From a virus (taxonomy: Duplodnaviria > Heunggongvirae > Uroviricota > Caudoviricetes), in IMG/VR virus record IMGVR_UViG_3300038345_000251, positions 311,248 to 375,247 of that record: a stretch of DNA of 64,000 bases; one strand, written 5' to 3'. The notes under the pieces are model-generated. The model ran no database searches and was not told the origin of the DNA. It saw only the letters and a program-made list of their open reading frames with translations. The first letter of the stretch is position 1; every line of letters starts with the position of its first letter. Made by a program: the position numbers and the translations under genes. Of the stretch, positions 37,717 to 46,119 are shown piece by piece.

Positions 37717-38271
37717 ATGCCACGAAAAAAAGAAAAATTATTTTATGTCGAAACACAAGAAGAAGATACTTTAAGAGAACATAACAATTATCTTCTAAAC
37801 TTTGTTTCGCCTGAAAAAATTCTTTATCAATCCTTTCATGCTTGTGAAAAACGTAATCTGTTTGATTCTGATGAAGCCAAAAAAGATTTGCAAGTACTGT
37901 TAAATGATAAAGAAAAGAAACCTTATTATCCTATTGACCAAGAAACGGTTTTTATAGGGGAAATTAGCCTTTCTGGGAAACTTAAGCCTTCAGATGAATA
38001 TCTTTATCATTTGATTGACACAAACGATAAAAAAGAGATTTTTATATCATTTAATGACGTTTTAACATATATTAAAAAGAAAATTAAAAACAAATATATT
38101 TTCCTTCATTATAACGGAATTAATGAAAAGGTTGAGTTTAGTGAAGAAAAGGTTAAAACAGTTATAAAGGAAATGACTGAAAACACTCATGTAATTTCAT
38201 TAAATCAAATTAATGGAAAAGGTGAAGAACAAGAACCAATAATAATTACACCATTAAAAATCATGAAGTAA
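37717..38271 (+). CDS. hypothetical protein
   Basis: ORF. Confidence 0.5.
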   Translation: MPRKKEKLFYVETQEEDTLREHNNYLLNFVSPEKILYQSFHACEKRNLFDSDEAKKDLQVLLNDKEKKPYYPIDQETVFIGEISLSGKLKPSDEYLYHLIDTNDKKEIFISFNDVLTYIKKKIKNKYIFLHYNGINEKVEFSEEKVKTVIKEMTENTHVISLNQINGKGEEQEPIIITPLKIMK

Positions 38272-38272
38272 G

Positions 38273-38488
38273 ATGCTTCCTATTGATATACCACATATAG
38301 GGGAAAAAAAATACCCGAAAATAGAATATGATGAAAATTCTTTTTCGGGTTATTTTAATATGCCATTTTTATATTCTGCAAAAAATGTTATAAATTTTGG
38401 AAGTTCTTTATTTGGAAATATAATTTCTCCCAAATCTTCTTTCAAAAAAGACTATAACAAGAAGGTTAAACGTCTGGTAATTTACTAG
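38273..38488 (+). CDS. hypothetical small protein
   Basis: ORF. Confidence 0.3.
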   Translation: MLPIDIPHIGEKKYPKIEYDENSFSGYFNMPFLYSAKNVINFGSSLFGNIISPKSSFKKDYNKKVKRLVIY

Positions 38489-39719
38489 AAATATTAATTG
38501 GATTATACTTATCCATTTCAAGAAGAATACCATTATCAATATAATAAATACCTTCGACATATCTAAGTCTTTTCCAATTTTTAATATCATTAAATAATTC
38601 TTCAAGATTATTTCTAATAAATTCTTTATAATCAAAAGAATTATTTAAATCGTATTCTTCAGGGTCAACATCATTTGGATTGGTAATTGAAATATTACCT
38701 TTAAGCATTAAGCCAGTATTGGTTAATTCATTACTGACATTTTCAATTGTAATACCATAGTGAGGTAAACCTTCAATTATTTCTTTTGCACAACTAAGAA
38801 GTTCATTGTTTGCTTCTTGTAATTTATAAGTTAATCTATTAAGTTTTTCAACACAATAAGTAAATTCACTTAAAGTAAGATTTGCTGTATTATTTTCTTT
38901 TAATAATCTTTTAATTGTTTCAGTAACCATTTTTCTAATATCTTGTTCTCCAATTTTCATTGTTTTTCCCTCCTGATAAAAAGTCATATGATATTGTGCT
39001 GGGTCCCAACCAGGATGTTTTTCATCCCATGACTTTTCTCCTTCTTTGAAATAGTTTATTCTTTCTTGGCGTTTTTCATCGTTATTTTTTAAGTATTCTG
39101 CTTTTTCCTGTGGTGACATTAAATGGAAAAGTCTTTGTTCACTATCATCTGCTTTATTTATTTGAATATTTGAATGCATTAATTCTGATACAGGTGCTCT
39201 GTATACATACTTTACATCTTCACCATTTTCATCTTCATAACCTTCCCAATAATATTGTAAATTATCAATATTAATGTAAATAGGTAATTCTTTTGTCTGT
39301 AATATATCATAATCATCTGAATAATACTGTTCTTCTGTTTCATATTTTCGGTTAAAACAAACATATGTTCCTTGTTTTAAACAATTTATTACGTCAGAAA
39401 GTATTTCTTTAGTATATTCATCATCACCCCATGAGGTAATTATATCAGCATTAGCAAAAATTCTCAAATAACAACAATCATCTTGAAATACATCAAGTTC
39501 TCTGTTTCCTATTATTGTAAGTGCATCTTGTTCAATGTCACTATGTGTTGAATGACAATCACCAATTAATAATGGTTCAAGTCCATATTGTGTAAAACGC
39601 TTACAATATATCATTGGTACAGCATCTTTATCAACATATTGTGTGTATAACCTCCATTTAGGGAGATATATTTCATCTGGCGAAACGTAGCCTACGTCTG
39701 TAACATTTATCTTTTCCAT
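38466..39719 (-). CDS. metallophosphoesterase-like N-terminal domain protein (degenerate GDxH/GNHE-like motifs)
   Basis: LLIGDCHSTH and TIIGNRELD. Confidence 0.35.
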   Translation of the reverse strand: MEKINVTDVGYVSPDEIYLPKWRLYTQYVDKDAVPMIYCKRFTQYGLEPLLIGDCHSTHSDIEQDALTIIGNRELDVFQDDCCYLRIFANADIITSWGDDEYTKEILSDVINCLKQGTYVCFNRKYETEEQYYSDDYDILQTKELPIYINIDNLQYYWEGYEDENGEDVKYVYRAPVSELMHSNIQINKADDSEQRLFHLMSPQEKAEYLKNNDEKRQERINYFKEGEKSWDEKHPGWDPAQYHMTFYQEGKTMKIGEQDIRKMVTETIKRLLKENNTANLTLSEFTYCVEKLNRLTYKLQEANNELLSCAKEIIEGLPHYGITIENVSNELTNTGLMLKGNISITNPNDVDPEEYDLNNSFDYKEFIRNNLEELFNDIKNWKRLRYVEGIYYIDNGILLEMDKYNPINISSKLPDV

Positions 39720-39736
39720 AATTCTTTAATTTAGTA

Positions 39737-40978
39737 TTATTCTACTTTCCAAAAATGTGATTTACTAATACTTCCATAACTAGAACTTCCGTTTGTTGTA
39801 CCATATCCAACAGCCTTGAATCTATGGAACGAAATTTCTTGTAAAACAGAACTGTCAATACCATACCATTCAACATCATCGGAAACGTCTTCTTGACTTT
39901 CAGTTTCCCAAGTTAAACCATTATCATATGATACTTGGTGAAGAAGAAAACCAACAGCATCACGTTCTTCATTCAAACTCCAAGTATAACTACCAATAGC
40001 AGAATCAAGAACGTCCCTATAAATCGGGTCAGGTATTTCACCACTTTGTTTCAAATTAAATACACCAACAGTTGTAGTACCATTTTTAATGTTAAATGTT
40101 GCAGTTCTTTCACTTAGTGAATTGGTTTGTGCTGTGACACTAAACGTACCATTACCATCAGGATTAGACAATGTTTTATTTGTAATCCAACTATATGACG
40201 CAGCAGATTCTACAGTTAAACTTGTTATATTGGTTGTATATGACGCACTAGAACCTGTTGTTGAACTTGCTATTGATTGTGTAATAGCGGTTGAACTATT
40301 ACTCCATAAGAAATATGCTTTTGCTTTTTGCGTAATTGTAATTGTTGCTACTATAGTACTACCAGATTTAATTTGTACAGTACTTGTTCTATCAGTTGTG
40401 TTAGGATTAGCACTAAAATAAGTACTAAAATTACCATTGCCCCATCTACATTCAGTAATCCAATTATCAGTTGCTGCCGTTGTAAAATCTGTATATGTAG
40501 TAACATAAGGAAGATTCATAAGTGATGTTATTGCTGATGTTACAGTTACAGCAGTTGTTGTTGCGCTATCACTACCATTTCCCCAATAAAAGTATTTATC
40601 AGCCTCTTTTTCTCTTTGGGTTAGTGTTATTGTTGCAACTTCTGTATTTCCTTTTTTGATTATAATAGTTGCTGTTCTTTCTAAATATGTATCATTTGCG
40701 TTACAATTAATTGTAACTGAATTACTACCTATTGTAGCATCTGTAACCCATGAACCATTTATCGTTGTGGTTAATGCGGTTGTATTATAATTTGTAGTAA
40801 AGGTAACAGATGTTGTAGTAACACCTGAGTTTATTGTCATAGCAGTTGTTGTTGCGCTATCACTACCATTTTCCCAATAAAAATACTTTTCTTCAGGTAC
40901 TTCTTGATTAACCGTGATTTTTGCAAGATTTGTGTTGCCAGATTTAACGTATATATATCCTGTTATAATTTCAGCCAT
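39737..40978 (-). CDS. BACON/Ig-like repeat protein (three ~95-aa modules), likely a virion surface or fibre protein
   Basis: Repeats KYFYWxNGSDSATTTA...ERTATIIIKKGNTEVATITLTQ. C-terminal globular region. Confidence 0.6.
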   Translation of the reverse strand: MAEIITGYIYVKSGNTNLAKITVNQEVPEEKYFYWENGSDSATTTAMTINSGVTTTSVTFTTNYNTTALTTTINGSWVTDATIGSNSVTINCNANDTYLERTATIIIKKGNTEVATITLTQREKEADKYFYWGNGSDSATTTAVTVTSAITSLMNLPYVTTYTDFTTAATDNWITECRWGNGNFSTYFSANPNTTDRTSTVQIKSGSTIVATITITQKAKAYFLWSNSSTAITQSIASSTTGSSASYTTNITSLTVESAASYSWITNKTLSNPDGNGTFSVTAQTNSLSERTATFNIKNGTTTVGVFNLKQSGEIPDPIYRDVLDSAIGSYTWSLNEERDAVGFLLHQVSYDNGLTWETESQEDVSDDVEWYGIDSSVLQEISFHRFKAVGYGTTNGSSSYGSISKSHFWKVE

Positions 40979-41090
40979 ATTTTATTTAATACAATTTATT
41001 ATAAATAGTTATAAAACATTGTTTATATACAAAAAAGTCATAGAAACATCTATGACTTTAAAAATAAACACACTAATAAAATATATGAAA

Positions 41091-41471
41091 CTATGATTTC
41101 ATCTTTCTATCAGTAATCATTGAGTGAAGTCTGTTAAATTCATCATCACTAAATGAATAAACATCACCATTATCATTTGTTTTCCCATCAAGACATTTAT
41201 AGAAATAACTTCTTGCACTATCTTCATCTTTATCAGGCCATAATTCATAAGCATATGGCGCAATATCAGTTTTTTCGTCTTTTAAATACTGAATAATTCT
41301 TTTTTTCTTTTTATCAGATACTTCTCTTTCTTCTGAACTTCTACGTTCTTTACTTGAATTTGATTCAGAATCCTCTGATTTTTCATACATTCCACCATTA
41401 ATATAATCAAATATACTTTCTTTTACCATTCTTTTAATGGATTCTCTAAGTATTTTTTCCTCTTTTGTCAT
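41091..41471 (-). CDS. hypothetical protein
   Basis: ORF. Confidence 0.45.
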   Translation of the reverse strand: MTKEEKILRESIKRMVKESIFDYINGGMYEKSEDSESNSSKERRSSEEREVSDKKKKRIIQYLKDEKTDIAPYAYELWPDKDEDSARSYFYKCLDGKTNDNGDVYSFSDDEFNRLHSMITDRKMKS

Positions 41472-41577
41472 AATAAAAACATTTATTTATAAATAAATAG
41501 TTCTTTTTTCCTAATTGTAAATACTTTGGCATTAAAATTGATAGGTAGAAAATAAACTAAAAAAAAACAAAAAAAAA

Positions 41578-41817
41578 ATGAAAAAAGAAAAAACTGATTG
41601 GTCTGAAGTATGCCTTGACATTAGTAGATTCATTCTATGCTTTGTATTTATTTTCTTTTCTATCTTTGGAGTAGTAAAAGGTATTCGTAATAATGCAACT
41701 GATTTTCAACTTACGTTGGATATATTTACTGTCGTTATTTGGTTTGGTGTTGCAATACTTTGGGGTGTTGATAAACGAATAAAATGGAATCTTGAAAATA
41801 AAGAAGAAGAAATTTAA
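41578..41817 (+). CDS. small two-TM membrane protein
   Basis: Hydrophobic helices. Confidence 0.45.
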   Translation: MKKEKTDWSEVCLDISRFILCFVFIFFSIFGVVKGIRNNATDFQLTLDIFTVVIWFGVAILWGVDKRIKWNLENKEEEI

Positions 41818-41823
41818 AAAAAA

Positions 41824-41855
41824 TTTGGTAAATTAAAAAAAGTTTACTATCTTTG
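41824..41855 (+). promoter_or_regulatory. promoter: TTTG, N20, TATCTTTG
   Basis: Consensus match, upstream of the small ORF at 41882. Confidence 0.5.
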
Positions 41856-41881
41856 CACTGTAATTAAAAAACAAAAAAATT

Positions 41882-42037
41882 ATGGATGTTAACGAAAAAA
41901 TCAATTTAAGAACTTGGATTAAATCTAACCTTATGAGTTTGGGGTTTTATATGGCTGATGACAGAAGCAAGGATGTTGCTGATGTATTGAGAAATCTTGC
42001 TGATTCTTGGGAAGACGGACATTACAAAGACTTTTAA
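41882..42037 (+). CDS. hypothetical small protein (51 aa)
   Basis: ATG 27 nt after a TTTG-N20-TATCTTTG promoter (41824-41855). Confidence 0.35.
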   Translation: MDVNEKINLRTWIKSNLMSLGFYMADDRSKDVADVLRNLADSWEDGHYKDF

Positions 42038-42048
42038 TTTTTAAGGAT

Positions 42049-42111
42049 ATGCTTACAAAAGAAGAACTGATTGTTATTATCCTGAATAAAAAATTAATAT
42101 TATGGAAATGA
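42049..42111 (+). pseudogene. fused 5'+3' stub of the gene at 42356..42739
   Basis: 42052-42073 is about 95% identical to 42360-42381. 42066-42089 is nearly identical to 42716-42739. Confidence 0.4.
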
Positions 42112-42353
42112 TTCTTGATTTTTGCCTTTCTCACTATTGGATGGGAGTTATTATCGGATTTGTAATGATTTTTTTGCATTTGAAAATTTATTATACAACC
42201 GATTTTGATTGTAAATTTACGAAGGGACATTATCTGTTTCTCATTCTTTCTTTCCTAAGTTGGATTGTACCTATTGGATATATTATTGGTCTGGTTGGTT
42301 TTGGCGTTTATTTTATCCTTTCTTTTATTTTTTCATTCTTTAAAACTTATTAA
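42102..42353 (+). CDS. small membrane protein
   Basis: Hydrophobic ORF. Confidence 0.45.
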   Translation: MEMILDFCLSHYWMGVIIGFVMIFLHLKIYYTTDFDCKFTKGHYLFLILSFLSWIVPIGYIIGLVGFGVYFILSFIFSFFKTY

Positions 42354-42355
42354 TT

Positions 42356-42739
42356 ATGAACAATAATCTTACAAGAGAAGAACTGATTGCCATTGGTGTT
42401 AATCCTGACAATATGACATATTTCTGTGGAGAAATGAATATCATTGTTCAATGTTTCGGCAGTGAGGATGGAACTACTTACGATGAAAAAACAGGTTCTC
42501 GTATTCCAATGACTAAAGTTTATCCAGACATTTATCATCCACGTAAAAGTAGTGTGTGGTCTTGTGGCTGTGAGGATGACCCCATTTCTATTGAATCTGA
42601 AGAAGATAAGGAAGATTATGTTGAACATCTTAGAGATTCTGCTGAACGTTTGAAAATCATGGCATATTATTTGTCTTGTCAAGCAGATGAAATTGAAAAA
42701 TTCGGTTATCCTAAAACTAATTGTTATTATCCTGAATAA
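42356..42739 (+). CDS. hypothetical protein
   Basis: ORF. Confidence 0.5.
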   Translation: MNNNLTREELIAIGVNPDNMTYFCGEMNIIVQCFGSEDGTTYDEKTGSRIPMTKVYPDIYHPRKSSVWSCGCEDDPISIESEEDKEDYVEHLRDSAERLKIMAYYLSCQADEIEKFGYPKTNCYYPE

Positions 42740-42740
42740 T

Positions 42741-42935
42741 ATGAAGACACTTTTTGAGACACATAAACAACTTAAAGAAAACTTTAAGGAATATCATAAT
42801 GAACATCGTAGTGTTAACTTTAGACGTTATTTAACTGAAGTGCTTCAGTATTCTGACGAAGAAGCCACTATGATTATGACTGAGAATGAACGTGTTCTCT
42901 ATCCAGTAAATAAGTCTAAGAAACCTAAAAGGTAA
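42741..42935 (+). CDS. hypothetical protein
   Basis: ATG immediately after the upstream stop. Confidence 0.4.
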   Translation: MKTLFETHKQLKENFKEYHNEHRSVNFRRYLTEVLQYSDEEATMIMTENERVLYPVNKSKKPKR

Positions 42936-42956
42936 ATCTATTTTAAATGTTTAAGT

Positions 42957-43451
42957 ATGAAGTTTTATAGCAAATACGCAAAGAACATTCATCATCATAA
43001 AGATAACGATAAGCCCAATTCTATGTACAAGGATAAGACTGAGGAAGTTTATCGCAAGTATGTAGAGGAACAAAACAAGACTATCAAGTGTTTTGAAGAC
43101 ATTGATGAAGATAATGAAGGGTATGGCCCAGAAGATGAATATACCTGGTTGGTGAAACCTATTAAAGAAAAACTTAAAGCACCTGATTCTGATTTTGTTA
43201 GTGACGGTTGTCATAAGTCTATGAACCCACTTCTAATCATGAACAGAGAAAATGCAGTTGCATGGTTTAATCGTGAACATAAAGGTAGTTGTTATGGTGC
43301 GTTCAGGGTAAGAATTCCTTCTTTGAAACGTGGAAAACAGGAATGGAGTAAGTTCTATAATGAATACCCTGATATTGCTGCTGAAGTAAGATTCGGTAAC
43401 AGAAGGTTTTATAATGGTGCTAAACTTAAATATATTTGGAAAATTAACTAA
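42957..43451 (+). CDS. hypothetical protein
   Basis: ORF. Confidence 0.5.
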   Translation: MKFYSKYAKNIHHHKDNDKPNSMYKDKTEEVYRKYVEEQNKTIKCFEDIDEDNEGYGPEDEYTWLVKPIKEKLKAPDSDFVSDGCHKSMNPLLIMNRENAVAWFNREHKGSCYGAFRVRIPSLKRGKQEWSKFYNEYPDIAAEVRFGNRRFYNGAKLKYIWKIN

Positions 43452-43458
43452 TAAAAAT

Positions 43459-43758
43459 ATGGAAGAAAAAAATTATAAACAAGGTAATTGTATGCGTGGT
43501 TGTAAACATGCATGTTATCGTGATTTGTATGAACACGTAAAAGATGATGATGGTAATATTATTGGTAAAATCCATAGAGGATATGAACATTACTGTAATA
43601 TTGATTCACCAAATTATAAGGCATGGCATGAACGTAATAGAGATAAATTCTATAATGAATATATCAAAGATACACTTGAATGTTATGAACCTAATGAACT
43701 TCAAGAAAATTTAAATAAAATGATTGAAATTGCAGATGATATTCTTGAAAAATTATAA
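43459..43758 (+). CDS. hypothetical Cys/His-rich protein
   Basis: ORF. Confidence 0.45.
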   Translation: MEEKNYKQGNCMRGCKHACYRDLYEHVKDDDGNIIGKIHRGYEHYCNIDSPNYKAWHERNRDKFYNEYIKDTLECYEPNELQENLNKMIEIADDILEKL

Positions 43759-43818
43759 ATAAAAATTTAAATTGGCACGATAATTGATTATCTTCTTTCG
43801 TACTAACAAATAAAGAAT

Positions 43819-44088
43819 ATGGAAGAAAAAAGAAACATTACTGTTGAACTTACCCACGAAGATGTGTTGCATCTTGTGTATGGTATTACTCCCAACGATA
43901 CCCTTGCAAATTATTTTTCAAGAAAAAATCTTGGTAACTACACAGGGAATCAATGGTCAGGAATTACTGGTTGGGAATGGAACGGTGATAAACTCAGAAA
44001 ATATTCGACTGAATACCTTTATAAAATTTATAAGGCAGTCAAGAATGATAACAAATATCATATTCTGAAGAATAAAGCAAAAGAATAA
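43819..44088 (+). CDS. hypothetical protein
   Basis: ORF. Confidence 0.45.
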   Translation: MEEKRNITVELTHEDVLHLVYGITPNDTLANYFSRKNLGNYTGNQWSGITGWEWNGDKLRKYSTEYLYKIYKAVKNDNKYHILKNKAKE

Positions 44089-44118
44089 TAAAAAAATAAT
44101 CCAAAAAAATTTAAAATT

Positions 44119-44340
44119 ATGAAAGAGAAAATTAACTTTGAAGAAGACTGGAACACCTTGAAGGGTTATGTTAAGGAAGCATCAGAAATGCCAGCAGGTG
44201 ATACAGGTTCAGGTATGAAGAAAGCATACCTTATGGTTCTCAAACTTATGGATATGATTGAGGAAGGTGAGGATGAAGGTGTAGTCTGTAGGTATGGTGT
44301 TTTCAAGAAAGAACAGAATATTTTATCTATTGCAATATGA
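44119..44340 (+). CDS. hypothetical protein
   Basis: ORF. Confidence 0.4.
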   Translation: MKEKINFEEDWNTLKGYVKEASEMPAGDTGSGMKKAYLMVLKLMDMIEEGEDEGVVCRYGVFKKEQNILSIAI

Positions 44341-44609
44341 AAAATCACATTCCTACCTATAGTGAAGAAGAAATTCTTCAAGCAATACAAGATGAAGGTC
44401 TTGCACGTGAAGCGTATGGTTACAAGTGTCCTGGTTGTATTTTCATCTTTAGTGAAGGAAAAGAAAAGAATGAAATTTGGGATAAGTACCCTACACCATT
44501 GCACGGTTATGAATTAGCACATTGGGATGCTAATACTATTGAGCCTGTAGATTACTATATAATTAGTGGTATGTACCAAGGAGAAAAACCTTATATTAAA
44601 AATAAATAA
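44337..44609 (+). CDS. hypothetical protein
   Basis: ORF. Confidence 0.45.
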   Translation: MKNHIPTYSEEEILQAIQDEGLAREAYGYKCPGCIFIFSEGKEKNEIWDKYPTPLHGYELAHWDANTIEPVDYYIISGMYQGEKPYIKNK

Positions 44610-44625
44610 AATTTTTTCAAAAATA

Positions 44626-44657
44626 TTTGGATAATTAAAAAATTATTTGTACCTTTG
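44626..44657 (+). promoter_or_regulatory. promoter: TTTG, N20, TACCTTTG, followed by a ~100-nt ATG-free leader
   Basis: Consensus match. The nearest downstream start is HE paralog 2 at 44762. Confidence 0.5.
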
Positions 44658-44761
44658 TATCGTTAAACGAACAACAAAGAAAATTAACAGCAAAAATTTT
44701 CAGTTAAAGCGTTTCCTTTTTAATTTTAATTTATATTTATAACATATAAAACATTTTAAAT

Positions 44762-46099
44762 ATGAAAAAATTAACTAAAAAGGAATTTATTGAAAAAGCA
44801 AAAAAGATACATGGAAACAAATACAGTTATGATAAAATTGAATACATTGATAGTCAAACCAAAGTATGCATTATCTGTCCAGAGCACGGAGAATTTTGGC
44901 AAACACCAAATACACATTTGAAAGGTTGTGGATGTAAAAAATGTAGTAATATAAAAAAATCACAAAAGAAAAGTGATACAAATAAAATTTTCATTGAAAA
45001 AGCATATAAAGTTCATGGTGACAAATATGATTATTCAAAAGTAAATTATATTAACAGTCAAACATTAGTGTCTATTATATGTCCTAAGCATGGAGAATTT
45101 TATCAAAAACCTAACAATCATATAAGTGGATGTGGGTGTCCTGAATGTAGCAAAAATAAAAAACTTACAACAGAAGAATTTATTAAACGTGCAAGAGAGG
45201 TTCATGGAGATAAATATGATTACTCAAAAGTTAAATATACTGATAGTAATACAAAAATTTGTATCATGTGCCCAGAGCACGGAGAATTTTGGCAAACACC
45301 AAAAGCACATTTAAATAAACATGGTTGTCCTAAATGTGTGAAAAAAAATACTAAATATACAACAGAAGAATTTATTAAACGTGCAAGAGAGGTTCATGGT
45401 GATAAATATGATTATTCTAAAGTTGAATATATAAATTCAAACACAAAGGTTTGTATTATATGTCCTGAGCACGGAGAATTTTGGCAAACACCAGGAAGTC
45501 ATTTATCAGGAAAAGGATGTGAAAAATGTGTAAGACCTTCATATGATACAAAATCGTTTGTTGATTGTGCAAAAAAAATATTTGGAGATAAATATGATTA
45601 TTCCAAGGTTGAATATGTAAATACTAAAACTAAAGTATGTATTATTTGTTCCAAACATGGAGAATTTTGGATGAAACCTAATGTTCATTTACAAGGTTGT
45701 GGATGTAATTTATGCTTTAAAAAAGAAGAAGAAAATTTATTTTTTGAATTATGTAATGAGTTTGGCACAGAAAACGTAGTAAGACAAAAAACATTTTCTT
45801 GGTTAAGAAATCCACAAAATAAATATCATCAATATTTAGATTTTTATTTACCTGAATATAATGTTGGTGTTGAACTACATGGTTCACAACATTTTGAAAT
45901 ACACAAATATTGGGATAAAAATGAAAAAAGTTTTTTAAAACGAAATAAACTTGATATAAATAAAAAAGAATTATGTGAAAAAAATGGTATAAAAATTGTA
46001 TATTTTACATATGATAATAGATGGGAAAATTTTCTTGAACAAAAAATATGTCATACAATAAATGATTTAAAAAAGAATTTAAACAGCAATTTAACTTAA
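44762..46099 (+). CDS. homing endonuclease paralog 2 (five Zn-ribbon modules + Vsr/DUF559-like nuclease domain)
   Basis: Same module architecture as 1601..2719. C-terminal LDFYLPEYNVGVELHGSQHF. Confidence 0.7.
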   Translation: MKKLTKKEFIEKAKKIHGNKYSYDKIEYIDSQTKVCIICPEHGEFWQTPNTHLKGCGCKKCSNIKKSQKKSDTNKIFIEKAYKVHGDKYDYSKVNYINSQTLVSIICPKHGEFYQKPNNHISGCGCPECSKNKKLTTEEFIKRAREVHGDKYDYSKVKYTDSNTKICIMCPEHGEFWQTPKAHLNKHGCPKCVKKNTKYTTEEFIKRAREVHGDKYDYSKVEYINSNTKVCIICPEHGEFWQTPGSHLSGKGCEKCVRPSYDTKSFVDCAKKIFGDKYDYSKVEYVNTKTKVCIICSKHGEFWMKPNVHLQGCGCNLCFKKEEENLFFELCNEFGTENVVRQKTFSWLRNPQNKYHQYLDFYLPEYNVGVELHGSQHFEIHKYWDKNEKSFLKRNKLDINKKELCEKNGIKIVYFTYDNRWENFLEQKICHTINDLKKNLNSNLT

Positions 46100-46119
46100 T
46101 TTTAAAAAGAATTCTGAAT

